Notes: generated by a model not told the origin, from the sequence alone. Positions 13,823 to 28,140 are shown, counted from the first letter of the stretch. The stretch is DNA of 64,000 nt from Octopus vulgaris (GCA_951406725.2 OX597831.1:33170001-33234000), one strand, 5' to 3'. Numbers and translations: made by a program.

Positions 13823-14477
13823 ATATATATACATATATAGATACAAACACACACACATATATATATATACACACACACACGTATGCACATATATTGATGA
13901 AGAAAAGTCTGAATATCTCATTGGACAATTTACATTCTCAGTGTAATTAGCTACTACTACAAATGCTGCTACTGCTGCTGCTGCTGCCACTACTACTACT
14001 ACTGCTACTACTACTACTACTACTACTACTACTAATAATAATAATAATAATAATACTGTTGCTGGCGATAATAAAGTTAGTTAGGAAGGTTTATCTCGGT
14101 GATAGGAAGCCTTTGATTTATGATTCCCTGGTGTTTTCGGTTGTAGGAGAGAGTAATGTAGGTTTGGTTCCGATTTTACCTCCGAAAGCGGAGAGTGTCC
14201 ACAGAGACACGCACACACACATACACACACGCGCACACACACACAAATACGCACACACGCATGCACGTCAATGCATACATACACACCTATTCATACATAC
14301 TCAAACGAATACATTTCACAAACCTACAAACGGACACCAACCAACATATATATACACATATATGAGTGTGTCTATGTGAACGTCTATGCATATGTGTACG
14401 GATGCATATACATGTACATATATACATACACACACACATATATATATATATATATATTATATATACGCCAGCTAGTT

Positions 14478-14553
<76 letters not shown>

Positions 14554-14944
14554 TACATATATGTGTGTGTGTGTATATATATATAGTATATACATAGAAG
14601 CCTTAGAAGCATAATTATAATTTTCATGTATATACACAATTCTATGTATTTCTACTATATATATATATATATATATTGCTTGAAAGTAATCTATGTGTGT
14701 GTGTGTGTGTGTGCGTTAATGCGCGTGCACATGTGTATTGAAAAAAATTTAATTATCCACTCATGCAATTAAGAAAAAGAACTCAATACTAGATGTAAAG
14801 AAACATCACTTTAGAACATGAAACATTCCTATTTCTCAGTCACTGTTACCTTCACCTCGGCGGCTGACCACACTGAAGTATCATCAGATGAAATTATCAC
14901 TCACCATCATTTATCTGTAAACACACATACACTCACCTACATAT

Positions 14945-15262
14945 CTGCCTACCTGCCTACCTGCCTACTTACCTACCTACCTACCTATCTACCTAGTACC
15001 TACCTACCAACCTACCTACCTACCTACCTACCTACCTACCTACCTACCTACCTACCTACCTACCTACCTACCTACCTACCTACCTACCTACCTACCAACC
15101 TACCTACCTACCTACCTACATACCTACCTACCTACCTACATACATACATACCAACCTACCTACCTACCTACCTACCTACATACTTACCTACCTACCTACC
15201 TACCTACCTACCTACATACATACATACATACATACATACATACATACATACATACATACAAA
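14945..15262. repeat. Compound (CCTA)n/(CATA)n microsatellite
   Basis: Direct inspection. Confidence 0.95.
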
Positions 15263-16090
15263 CAAACAAAAATATCCTGTTGTTGATGTTGAATTTCCAA
15301 TGAAGGAACCTTGGATCTAAGTTAGAAACTGGTTCTTTCCCTATTGGCCTGAAATCTTGAAATAAACTGAATAATGACATACATACTATTGAAGCAAGAG
15401 GATACATACCCCATCCTGTGAAGCAACGTACGGCTGAATTTGGGATCCTGGGGGAGAGAACGCAAATCCTTAATTCATTTGCTACGAATCACCACCATAT
15501 CTGGGACTATGAAAAGGTTTAGAGGGTGATGGTTAAAACAAGATGTTTTACTTCACAATTGTCAAATAGGTAACTGGTCAAAATTTACTCTAAGATTAAA
15601 AAGCGGCGAGAGAGAGAGAGACGAACATGCAGACATACACACATGAATGCGTAATGTATTTGATGGCGTAAAAGACACACGGGCGTACTGGACGCATCCC
15701 AATTTCTGTAATGTATAGTCAGCAAAAAATACCATCTTTCTTGCGAGAATCCAAGATTTCTCTGACTCTATGGAAGTACATTATCTCTATGATAAAAAGC
15801 TCTAGTCTAGTCTTTTGTATCTTTGATTTCTTATTCTTGCATTTACATGCATGTGGGTCCATTAGAATACCTGTTATGTCTACAGGAGACGTAGGCTCCA
15901 TTACCACAGGCAGCCTTGGAATTTTTCAATCCCAAACGATTTTTCAACACAATATTTACATGATTTTACTTATAGCACTCTGTATGTGTTTCAAGATGCT
16001 CTTTTCCCGAAACCAATTATTTCACGCTCTTTCAAAAGTTTATAAATTTCTTATGACGTCAACAATACATGCATACATACACACACACAC

Positions 16091-16218
<128 letters not shown>

Positions 16219-16348
16219 CAAGGACATATGCTACTTTCCAGTCGCCTTGCCTCAAGTAACTTTTGACTGAAGTCGAAATAGAGGACTCAGTGGCGTTTAT
16301 GCCTTGTTAGCTATATATGCATTTATCAGTGCCAACATTATAAATACA

Positions 16349-16472
<124 letters not shown>

Positions 16473-17097
16473 TACCTATTTATGTATGCATATATATATA
16501 TAATTATGTGTGTGTTTGTGTGTGAGTGATATGTGTGTGCGTTTGTGCGTTTGTGCATGAAAATCTGATCAGAGATGGAATGCGGCCTCAGCTTCCAAAA
16601 TATTATGAACAAGATGTATTGTGTACATCTTCACTTCGCTTGTTCATATATATATATATATATATACATACACACACACACTCACACACTCATACACACA
16701 CACACACGCACGCACGCACACACACACACACACACATACATACACACACATATATATATATGAATACCTATGATGCACAGAGGTAGCCTCCTCTCGTTTT
16801 GTTGGTATCTCTGTTATTCTGTCATCCTGTCATTCTGACATTCTGTAATTCTGTCTTCATATTCTATTCTTCCCCGTTATTATTTTCCTTGTTGTTTTAT
16901 CTTATTTTTTTCTTTAGTTTTCTTTCTTAATTATTTTTTCTTCTTTCGTGATACATTTGGGTTTTTATCGTCCATTATGAAAATGGCGCCTAAATATTTC
17001 TAGAATGGCGTTGCAGTTATTATCGTTGTATGCTTGAGTGTGGTGCCTGTATAGTCACATACTTACATGTGTGTGTATGTGCGTTTGTGTGTGTGTG

Positions 17098-17149
<52 letters not shown>

Positions 17150-17263
17150 AGTGTGTGTTGTTTCATTTTAATGTTTCTCTTTTTTTACTTTTTGGTTTAG
17201 TATTTATGTATGTCATCTCTAACTGAAGTGAAAGATTGGCTTTGAAAAAAGAAATCAAAAGAA

Positions 17264-17356
<93 letters not shown>

Positions 17357-17681
17357 AATAACAGCAACAACAATAACAACAACCACAACAAAATGCAAAT
17401 AAATAACAGAAGTAAAGCAAACGCCATTACAAACCAAAATCAAATAAGACGGCAGAATATTATAAGTGTGTGTGTGTGTGTATTTATACGTATATATATA
17501 CATATAAATATGTGTATGTGTATATATGTGTATGTATATATGTGTATGTATATATATATATATATGTGTGTGTGTGCGTATGTGTGTGCGTGAGTGCGTG
17601 GATGTATATAAAAATCTATTTCGTTATCAGGTTTAGTTAAGTATACGTGTATATACATATATATGTATGTGTGTATGTGTG

Positions 17682-17723
<42 letters not shown>

Positions 17724-17802
17724 AACATGTATTTATGTCCATACATATATATATATACACACACAGATTATGTTTGGTGGTATACAAAGAGAGCAGGAGA
17801 CT

Positions 17803-17842
<40 letters not shown>

Positions 17843-18192
17843 ATCTTGGGAATTAAAGAGATGTGATTGCCTGTGAAGCCACTCTAATCCTTAATATTCA
17901 CATCAACAGATTTGATTGAGTCAGACGACACAGGAAAGAGTCGTTCAGAAGCGGGAAAAAACCCTCAAAACTCTAAAATAACTGAACAAAATGAAGAAAA
18001 CTATAGCAAGAAGAGACTAAAAACTATAAATGGAGAAAGTTATAGTGTTTCTTGGTTGACTATCGTGTATCATCTTTTTTGTTGGTGTTGTTAGTGTTTG
18101 AGCAGGGAGGCGAGTTCGTTGCATTTGTTTTCTTTTAAAGATTTTGTGCATGTGTTTATGACGTCGTTTTTGTCTTATATTGTATATTACTA

Positions 18193-18259
<67 letters not shown>

Positions 18260-18267
18260 CATTATTA

Positions 18268-18438
<171 letters not shown>

Positions 18439-18696
18439 TTTTTTTCATTCTATTTCTTCCGCTATAAAATCTACCATCAACAAACTGACATTTTGATCAA
18501 CATTACCATCACTACCATCATCGTCGACATGGTCGATGCCGCCGTCATCATCATCATCATAACCATCATCATCGTTGTCGTCGTCGTCATCACCGTCATT
18601 ATTATTATTATTATTATTATTGTTATTATTATTATTATCATTATTATTATTATTATTATCATTATTATTATTATCATTCTTCTTCTTCTTCTTCTT

Positions 18697-18790
<94 letters not shown>

Positions 18791-18791
<1 letters not shown>

Positions 18792-19169
18792 TGAGTGAGA
18801 GAGCAGTTCATGTCATCAAAGTGACACTGGGGTAAAATATACGAAGCCCAATATACCCATCATGACTACCCGTCTGATAAAGGTACACTAGGCACATGCA
18901 TCACAACCATATGTGCGCGACATGGTGATCTCATATCAAGATAAACAGCACATGGTGGGGCCCAGTTAGAATTTTCTTCAGGATGAGTAGCCCATCCCAC
19001 TCAAACGGTCCCTGAATAAGGGTTGCTTTAGGATGTTGAACGAAACACCTATGTTTCCAGAGGTGAACCATTCAAACTCCAAAGAATCCCTCTCAACACA
19101 TGGCCATGATGCTCCCCCACTACTTCTGCTCGTGATCAGAGATGCACATATCGTCAGCCACTAAGGGAC
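18791..19169 (-). mobile_element. 5'-truncated retroelement 3' end embedded in (TAA)n (Dong/R4-like behaviour)
   Basis: Near-identical to 56987-57212, with the same 3' end (...CTGCTCTCTCACTCA) and (TTA)n on both sides. No ORF, so the clade is inferred. Confidence 0.7.
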
Positions 19170-19259
<90 letters not shown>

Positions 19260-19261
19260 CA

Positions 19262-19308
<47 letters not shown>

Positions 19309-19520
19309 GCTGTTATTATCATTGTTCTTGATGATGATAAAATATGAAATTATAGGCGCATAATAGCCAAATGGCCATTTGCTCCCTTGATATTCTAAGC
19401 AGTGTGTTAGAAAACTGAAGGAGAATGAATTACCTGAAGGAACTTTGTCCATTGGTTATGGCGTTCCCTTTTGGTATAGTGTTGGTATAACATCTGCCGG
19501 AGCAAAAGCGTAAAACAGAG

Positions 19521-19592
<72 letters not shown>

Positions 19593-19599
19593 GCTGCTG

Positions 19600-19639
<40 letters not shown>

Positions 19640-19689
19640 AACTAATACTAATAATAATAATAATAATAATAATAATGATAATAACAACG

Positions 19690-20330
19690 ATCCTTTCTAC
19701 TATAGGCACAAGGTCTAAAATTTTGGGGGAGGAGATAAATCAATTTACATTGCCCTCAGTGTGTAACTTGAACTTATTTCATCGACCCCGAAAGGATGAA
19801 AGGCAAAGTCGACCTCGGCAGAATTTGAACTCAGAACGTAAAGACGAACGAAATGCTGCTAAGCATTTTGCCCGGCATTGTTTCTTTATTGCCCACAAGG
19901 GGCTAAACATAGAGGGGACAAACAAGGACAGACAAAGAGATTAACTCGATTACATCGACCCCGGTGCGTAACTGGTACTTAATTTATCGACCTCGAAAAA
20001 ATGAAAGGCAAAGTCGACCTCGGCGGAATTTGAACCCAGAACGTAACGATAGACGAAATACCGCTAAGCATTTCGCCCGGTATGCTAACGATTCTGCCAT
20101 CTTGCCGCCTTGATAATATTGATTTCAAATTTTGCCACAAGGGTAGCAATTTCAGGGAAAGTCGATTAAATCGACCCCAGTACGCAACTGGTACTTAATT
20201 TATCGACCTCTGAAGAATGAACGGCAAAGTCGGCTCTGATGGCATTTGAACTCAGAACGTACAGCCGGACGAAATGCCACTGAGCATTTTGTCCGGCGTA
20301 CTATCGCCACTGCCAGTCATCCGCCTTACA
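19690..20330 (-). mobile_element. Three tandem SINE A copies with three different tails
   Basis: GGCAAAGTCG...ATTTGAAC core at ~19800, ~20005 and ~20225; tails differ. Confidence 0.88.
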
Positions 20331-20403
20331 AGCAGTACTTACTAAGTCTCTTTGCAATCACCTAGTTAAAGACTATCACAGAAAAAAATAAACATTTCTA
20401 TTC

Positions 20404-20977
20404 TATCGTACTGAATCAAAAAACAAGTCTTACAATATTTTGGTAAATTATTTCGCTTTCTTCGTCAAATTACTACAAAAGTAGCCCGGCGTTTTAAAGT
20501 TGAGGCCATCGTGATGCACTGACAGAAGCCACTTTTCTGCCAGTTCTTTGAGCCCAAGATGAAACCAGTTCTTGTGCTTCGAGGCGAAGAACACCTTCAC
20601 TGAAGCTTCCACCTCTTCTTGGTTGATGGAGCGTCGCGAGCACAGAATGTGAGTCATGGATCGAAAAAAGCTTCAGGAAAGGAGTTCTTCGCATCGAAGC
20701 GCAAGAACTGGCATCGGCAAAGACTCAAAGAACTGACAGAAAGGTCACTTCAGACGATGCCACACGATGGCCTCTACTGTGTATGCTTCGTTATTATATT
20801 CTTTTGCTAGTTTCAGTCATTTTGACTGCAGCCATTCTGGAGCACCGCCTTTAGTCGAACAAATCAACCCCAGGACTTATTTTTTGTATGACTAGTACTT
20901 ATTCTATCGGACATCTTTTGCCGAACCACAAAGTTACGGGGACGTAAGCACACCAACTCAGACACACAAATATATAC

Positions 20978-21043
<66 letters not shown>

Positions 21044-21277
21044 CGGGCTTCTTTCAGTTTCCGTCTACCAAGTCCACTCACAAGGCTTTGGTTGACCCAA
21101 GGCTTTAGTAGAAGACACTTGCCCAAGGTCCCATGCAGTGGGACTGAACCCGGAATCTTGTGGTTGGTAAGCAAGCTTCTTACCATACCGCCACACAGCT
21201 TGGCTGCTTTTGTTGAACCTTGAGTAAAAGCTAAATAAGTTACCAAAATATTGAAAAACTTTTGACTCAACACAATA
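20404..21277. mobile_element. Fold-back mariner derivative made of two inverted 3' ends, interrupted by SINE B
   Basis: Minus: EEVEASVKVFFASKHKNWFHLGLKELAEKW...DGLNF. Plus: KEFFASKRKNWHRQRLKELTER...DGLY. Right terminus AAACTTTTGACTCAACACAATA; diverged inverted copy at 20404. Confidence 0.8.
20805..21200 (-). mobile_element. SINE family B
   Basis: Head, internal (TA)n and tail match the full copies. Confidence 0.85.
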
Positions 21278-21714
21278 ATACATCAAATAAACTCCCAGTG
21301 AAAGCAGCAACCCCATACTTTGTATGCGGTGCATAAAGCAAATATTTCTTGGTTCTAAGATACATAAATACGACATCAAAAATCTCTTCAAACAGAAAGC
21401 AATCTACGTTACAGTTAAGAAGAATTAATAATGTATTACATGTACTACAACTAATCATAAACGAGAGTTAATAATCTATGACAACAACACAACGAAATTT
21501 GATAATAATCTCATGGCCAACTAATTAAAATTCTGAGATACGAAACAACGGTCACGTGACTAATAGAATAATGTAGAATTCTGTTTGGAAACTTGGTAGA
21601 TTGTAAACTTTGTGAATCTGGCCGTTTCATCGGGAAAAATATTACTACACTTTTTGGTTGGATGACGATGCATCTGCTAAAAGAAGCCATCACAAAAGTA
21701 TTGTTATCAAAATG

Positions 21715-22020
21715 AAGACATGGTTAGTGGTTAATGGCGTTCGACTCACGAGTTCGATTTCAGGCGGCGCGTTTTGTCCTTGAGCAAGACACTTTATTTT
21801 ACATTGCTTCAGTTGACACAGCTGTTAAAAACGTGTAGGACCTATATTTCAAAGGTCCAGCCTTGTCATACTTTGTGTCACGCTGAATCTCCCTGAGAAC
21901 TACGTTAAGGGTTCACATGTCTATGGAGTGCTTAGCCACTCGCACATTAATTTCACGAGCAAGCGGTTCGGTTAATCGGATCAACTGGATCCCACGTCGT
22001 CGTAACCGACGAAGTACCCG
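21715..22020 (+). mobile_element. SINE family C with tail X
   Basis: TGGTTAGTGG A box, GAGTTCGATT B box, GTCCTTGAGCAAGACACTT core; tail shared with 6648-6830. Confidence 0.8.
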
Positions 22021-22084
22021 TTTATTGCTACCAGAAAAGGAGGTAACAGTATGTATTGTACTTATTCACTGCAAAAGAATAAAT

Positions 22085-22527
22085 CAGTGGTTCCCAACCA
22101 TCTTTTGCCTATGAAAGCTCTTTGGCTCCTATTTTGCTCTATTGGACCCCGCCCGAGCGGAGGCACGTGGCTTAGTCATTTAGGTATTGGACTCCTGATC
22201 GTAAGATTGTGGTTTCCATTCCAGGACCGGGTGATGCGTTGTGTTCATGAGCAAGACATTTCATTTTACGTTGCTCCAGACCACTCAGCTGGCAAAAGTG
22301 AGTCATCCTGCGACGGATCGGTGTCCCATCCAGGAGCGGAATATGTCCGCCATGAAACCTGGAAACCGCCATTTGTGAGTCGATATGACTTGAGAAGGTA
22401 ACTATCTTTTTACCTATTGGACCCCATAGCCATTCGATGTTAAAAAAAAAAACATGTTATATTTTCATATTGATAAAATCTTATATGGATCCCTAAGGAC
22501 CGTGTGGACCCCCGTTGAGAACCACTA
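22085..22527. mobile_element. hAT-type MITE
   Basis: TIRs CAGTGGTTCCCAAC / GTTGAGAACCACTA; 8-bp TSD GAATAAAT / GAATAGAT. Confidence 0.85.
22151..22413 (+). mobile_element. SINE family C with tail Y, nested in the MITE
   Basis: Perfect 12-bp TSD CTATTGGACCCC (22139-22150, 22414-22425). Tail GCGACGGATCGGTGTCCCATCCAG is related to that at 32005-32113. Confidence 0.85.
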
Positions 22528-22669
22528 GAATAGATAATCTGTGACAGGTATGTTAAGAGCAAATTAGGGGGTAACATAACCTAGAGTAAACTAACCACGA
22601 ATCATCAGAAGCCAAAAACCAACAAAGGTGGGTTTAAGTGGGTGTATTATTAGGGAGCAGTGGATAAGC

Positions 22670-22962
22670 GCTTTTGCTTGTTTCAATCATGAGACTGCGG
22701 CCATGCTGAGGCACCGCCTTCAAGAATACTTTTTAATCAAATGCATCGAGTTCAGTACTTATTTTTAAAGCCTGGCATTTATTTCATTGTTCTCTTTTAT
22801 CAAACTGCTAAGTTACGGCCATGTAAACCCACCAATAGAAGTTGCCAAGTGGCAGTGGGGTAGGACCAACACAAACACAAAGGCACATACACATAAATAT
22901 ATGGGCAGAGCAAAGCCTTGTGAGTGGATTTGGTAGGCGGAAACTGAAAGAAGCTCGTCGTA
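22670..22962. mobile_element. SINE B fragments (tail on minus, partial body on plus)
   Basis: GACTGCGGCCATGCTGAGGCACCGCC tail; AAAGCCTTGTGAGTGGATTTGG...AGAAGCTCGTCG body. Confidence 0.75.
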
Positions 22963-22979
22963 TATATATATATATATAT

Positions 22980-23282
22980 ATATAATATAATTCGAGACAA
23001 AACCACTATTTTAAAACCAAACAAGGAAAGACTTAATCAATACATAAAATTTTAATATAAATTAAATAAACCGCCACTACAAATGTTTCATGTCTGCTAA
23101 CGACAATCTTCAGGTGGATTTTCGATCTTCTAATCATTATCAAATTTGATACTGATTAGAAGATCGAAAATCCACCTGAAGATTGTCGGTAACGAACAAT
23201 TTATATTAAAATTTTATGTATTGATTAAGTCTTTCCTTGTTTGGTTTTAAAATAGTGGTTTTGTCTCGAATTATATTATATA
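22980..23282. repeat. ~300-bp near-perfect inverted repeat (Penelope-like terminus folded back)
   Basis: Arms mirror around TATCAAATTTGATA (~23144); the right arm has an internal deletion. Confidence 0.92.
23074..23117 (-). ncRNA. Canonical type I hammerhead ribozyme
   Basis: CCAC-CUGAAGA-UUGUC-GUUAGCA-GACAU-GAAA-CAUUUG-UA-GUGG (GUA cleavage triplet). Confidence 0.85.
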
Positions 23283-23414
23283 ATATTTTACTATAAAATT
23301 GGATTTAACCCTAAATCTGATTTTTCCCTGTAATTTTGGATTCATTCCCTAATATTTATTATTATATATATATATATATACATACATACATACATACATA
23401 CATACATACATACA

Positions 23415-23445
<31 letters not shown>

Positions 23446-23514
23446 GAAAGAAGAAAAAGAAAATGGTGATTGGGTAGTTAATAATTATTTATTATCAACA
23501 GCAAATAAATCATC

Positions 23515-23589
23515 TTCTTTCAGTTGTTTCAATTAAGACTCAGTATTAAATTTATATTTATATGATCTGAGTACAATATCTTCAGAGAA
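23515..23589 (-). ncRNA. Degenerate hammerhead (U16.1 mutated)
   Basis: UUCU-CUGAAGA-...ACUCAG/CUGAGU...-GAAA-CAACUG-AA-AGAA. Confidence 0.45.
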
Positions 23590-23912
23590 AAAAATATACC
23601 CTTAGATGTTTTATATATGACGGAAAACATCTCTTAGTGAGGTTAACACAACGTCTAATTAAATTTATATACTTCTAATATAAGGGTAAAATTTTTCAAA
23701 AAAAATTTTTTTGCAGTGGCTGGCATATTAGAATACCTTTCAAGGTGAAAATTATAAGCGATTATAAATAAGGAAAACGGAAAAAAATTTCTATGCCAAT
23801 AATGCTGAAAAATAGACCTTAAATTGTCTAACCACAGAAAATTTTCCACTATAAATACACAGCGTGTTCAAACGAAGAAAGCAAGCTGACAGAAATTTTT
23901 AAAATTCGTTAT

Positions 23913-23970
23913 TCCTGAATAGGACCAATTTCTGGAATAATCCACAAGGATTCTTCCTTCTTCAGCGAGA
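23913..23970 (-). ncRNA. Degenerate hammerhead, relative of the 33015/34524 family
   Basis: UCUCG-CUGAAGA-AGGAA..UUCCA-GAAA-UUGGUCCUA-UU-CAGGA. Flanking 23700-23900 resembles 33290-33490. Confidence 0.5.
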
Positions 23971-24077
23971 AACACGATTAGAATAAACGGAACACTTACC
24001 CACGGAAAAAGCAGATGCAAAGTCACGTGTACATTTAAGTGCCCCAAATATATCCAAACAGATTGATAGATAGATAA

Positions 24078-24139
<62 letters not shown>

Positions 24140-24140
<1 letters not shown>

Positions 24141-24414
24141 TGTTTCTTTATAGGCCACACAGGGCTGAACACAGAGAGGACAAAATACAAAGTAGTTAAT
24201 TTCTTTTGGGGAAGAGAAGGAAAAGGGGGGTAGAAATTTGATCAAAAGAGATCGTAAAAAAAAAGGCCGATCAATAGGGATCGTGTATCACAAATGTCAT
24301 AGTGTTAAAAGAGAAAACAGATTAGGTTTATCCGTGGAAAGAAAAGCCCACGGAAAAGCACACGGTAACCTTGGGCAATAATGTCATGCAAAAAAAAACA
24401 TTACAGTAAGTGAC
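24140..24414 (-). mobile_element. Tx1/L1-clade LINE 3' UTR, 5'-truncated, in (GATA)n
   Basis: Closely matches 62236-62516; GATA tracts on both sides. Confidence 0.85.
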
Positions 24415-24533
24415 AGATAGATAGATTGACAGATAGACAGATAGAGAGATAAATAGAAAGATAGATAGAAAGACAGGCAGACAGACAGACAGACAGACAG
24501 ACAGATGGATAGACGGATAGATGGAGGGATGGG

Positions 24534-24620
<87 letters not shown>

Positions 24621-24662
24621 TTAGATACATAGACAGACAGTCAGTTAGATATATAGATAGAT

Positions 24663-25158
24663 AAGTTTCTTTATTGGCCACACAGGGCTGCACACAGATG
24701 GGACAAGTTACAAGGTAGAGCTTTTCTTTTGGGGGATGAAAAAACAAAAAACAAAAAACAAAAGAAACGAAAAAAAAGGTGGCGTAGGTTTTCGATCAAA
24801 AGGGATCGTAAAAGGGAAAAAAAGAACAAAAAATAAAAAAGAAAGAAAAAGGAACAAAAGAAAAGAGAAATGAAAAAAAGAAGAAAAAAGGGGGGAAAAG
24901 GGGAAGAGGAAAAAAAACGATCAATAGGGATCGTGTATCACAGTGTTATGATGTATGGTGTAAAGGGGAAAGCAAGTTAGGTTTATCCGAGGGAAGAAAA
25001 GCCTACGAAAAAGACCACGGTAACCTTGGTCAATATTGTTATATGTTACCACATTTGTTTGCAAGTGGGTAACCCTCTGTTTTCAATTTCTGGCTTCGTC
25101 ATTCATACGTGCCATCCTTGCTACATTCACCCATCTTTTTTTAAAACATTCGCTAGAC

Positions 25159-25159
<1 letters not shown>
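24663..25159 (-). mobile_element. Tx1/L1-clade LINE 3' end, 5'-truncated, in (GATA)n
   Basis: Includes the ORF2 end (GCCATCCTTGCTACATTCACCCATC, as at ~62583); GATA tracts on both sides. Confidence 0.88.
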
Positions 25160-25249
<90 letters not shown>

Positions 25250-25704
25250 CAGACAAACAGACAGATAGATAGGTACGTAGATTATTGTATAGGGAGTGTA
25301 GTCATGTTACAGAAATGAATCTGTAACATTTTGCAGATAATGAAAATTGCGGACATCATTGTATTAGGCTGCGCCTCTCTTCTTTCTATACTGTATGAAA
25401 TCGTAAAATAAAGGAAATATACTATGAGGATGTACCAGTCTCCCCATTATCATTATATATATATATATATACACATGTGTGTGCGTGTGAGAGTGTGTGT
25501 TTGTGTGCGAAAAAGATAGGAGATGGCCCCGACGTAAGCTAGAAGATGGTAGGGGTTCGCTCCCTTGCTTGCAATATATATAGGTGCATCGATAACCAGC
25601 TGGAGGAGGTTCCGCCTGACGCTAAAAATGGTGGTAACGTCGGTTCCTACGGAGCAGCTATATTGAAGTGGCGATAAACATAATATATATGTATATATAT
25701 ATAA

Positions 25705-25945
25705 AAGAATACAAAATATCAGACAAGAACGCAAAACATCCAGTCAGTTAGATGATATAAAAAAGGGAAAAGAAAAACAAGGATGGGTCATTCGGAGTTT
25801 TCTTTCGTCAGTCAAGTTCCAGATTGTCTTTGCAATTTCGGCTGGTTATACTCGAGACTGGTCCAATCTGGCCAGCCCCAAGGAAAAATCTAAGCCAGGA
25901 GCACTAGATTCCTTGGAAGAAAGCAGCGAATGTATACGAAAACAA
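25705..25945 (-). mobile_element. Repeat family F copy
   Basis: Homologous to 6248-6363 and 28850-29010; lies between (TA)n tracts. Confidence 0.65.
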
Positions 25946-25962
25946 CGATATATATATATATA

Positions 25963-26010
<48 letters not shown>

Positions 26011-26033
26011 TATATACATATATACGTATATAC

Positions 26034-26096
<63 letters not shown>

Positions 26097-26097
26097 A

Positions 26098-26170
<73 letters not shown>

Positions 26171-27065
26171 GTCGAACGGTAATGTGAAACTCTGAGTAAC
26201 AGTCTTGTGAGGAGTTTGCATCTCTAATGAAAGCATATTACTCTACCTTGGGTATTCGAATACTATTTTTCCCACATTGTTTGGCATTTATCTGCTAACT
26301 TATGTGTGTGTGTATGTATTTATTATGTATGTATGTATACGCACATACATACACATACTATAGACGTATATATATATTAGTGACTCCCTGCTACCTGTGC
26401 TTCCTTGCATTAACATAACTGATTCCATTTTTATCTACGCTATTTCCAACATTTTTAATTGGCAAATTGCATGTGTTTGCTTGTGTTAGATGTGCGAGAA
26501 TGTTGTTGGTGTTGTTATTGTTTGTACTGTTAGTGTTGCTGCCAAAAATTTGCTAAAATAGCTCGCATTGGTTAAAGATTGTCCACAAAAGTGTTAGAAC
26601 TATTTCCTCCAGCATGTGTGTTTGGCAGCAAAATATTTTTGCTCGATTTTTTTTCCTTTCTATCGTTTTCTTTTGCAATTTCTGTCTGCCTTTTTTAATT
26701 TTTTTTTTTTTTTTGTGGAGTGAGGGTAGCGTGGTGGTAGTCCTTGTCCCTATGTCTAAGGTTTATTTTGAGCAGGAAAAATAACCATGTAAACCTTTGA
26801 CCTTTTTTGCGATACAGAAATAAGCATCCAAAGAAAATACGCAACAGACTGAGTGAAAGAGAGACCGATGCATAAGCAAATCTTTCCAGACTTTTCAAAT
26901 ACAGTATATGCACACACATGCACGCACACACGCGCACACACAAACGTATATATATTGGTCACTTTATTTGCAGGTTAACAACGCAACCAATGGTTTCTTG
27001 TAAGAGATCTTTACAATTATATACATATATATAAATCTTTATCTTATATATATATATGCACATAC

Positions 27066-27113
<48 letters not shown>

Positions 27114-27180
27114 TTATATATATATATATGTACATATATATATGTATATATATATATGTATATATATATATGTGTGTATA

Positions 27181-27220
<40 letters not shown>

Positions 27221-27331
27221 AGATAAACTTATTGGGAAATGGATGCGTAGCGTTCAATCAAAGTATAATATAAATAATATATATATTTGTATATGCATAT
27301 ATATATATATATACCTATACATACTTAGTAT

Positions 27332-27421
<90 letters not shown>

Positions 27422-28098
27422 AATATATGTATATATGGGTACAGGATGTCCAAACCGTAGACAATATGAAATACGAAAACAAATGAGTTGAATACGCAAA
27501 CAACGAGAGAAACAAATGGAAAACAGGACAAGTAACATAAAGAACGACCCTTCATCAGTTGTCGGCTGTCTATCTACTCCTCATTTCGAGCATTGAACGA
27601 CAATATGAGTCTTCGAAGGCGGTTGCTCCCACAAAAGCCAAAATAAAATTTGGGATTTATGGAAGGCTAAATTTGGTAACAAAAACAAAAACAGGACAGG
27701 GGAGACATATAAGGAAACCGAACGAAAACAAACACGGAAAATCGTTAGAACAGTCGAAGACAAAATAGCGAACGCTGGAGAAATATTTTCTTTGACAAGA
27801 AAAGAGAGAGAAGAGAGAGAGAGAGGGGGGTATACGTGCAGTCTTTACGACAGCCCTGAAGGAAAAGGAAGATGATCACGTGAAGAAAAGAAAAATGGGC
27901 GATGGTCATGTGTCAGCGACGAGAGAGAGTAAAGGAGAAAGAAGGAGAGAGAGTGTAGAAATCGGTGAAGGGCGAAAAGGGAATTAGAGAAACGATGAGA
28001 GAGAACAATAGGGGAGAGACCAGTATAGAGTCGCATCAAATATATTAAGATAAACTTTCTTGGAAATGGATGCGTGGTGTTCAATCTAATAATAATAA

Positions 28099-28140
<42 letters not shown>

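Noticed and set aside
15270-16060. Possible degraded RLE-type LINE 3' end on the minus strand next to (TAGG)n/(TATG)n
   Set aside because: Only vague motif resemblance (SILKHI, PVD, IIE) with many stops; cannot be supported without a search.
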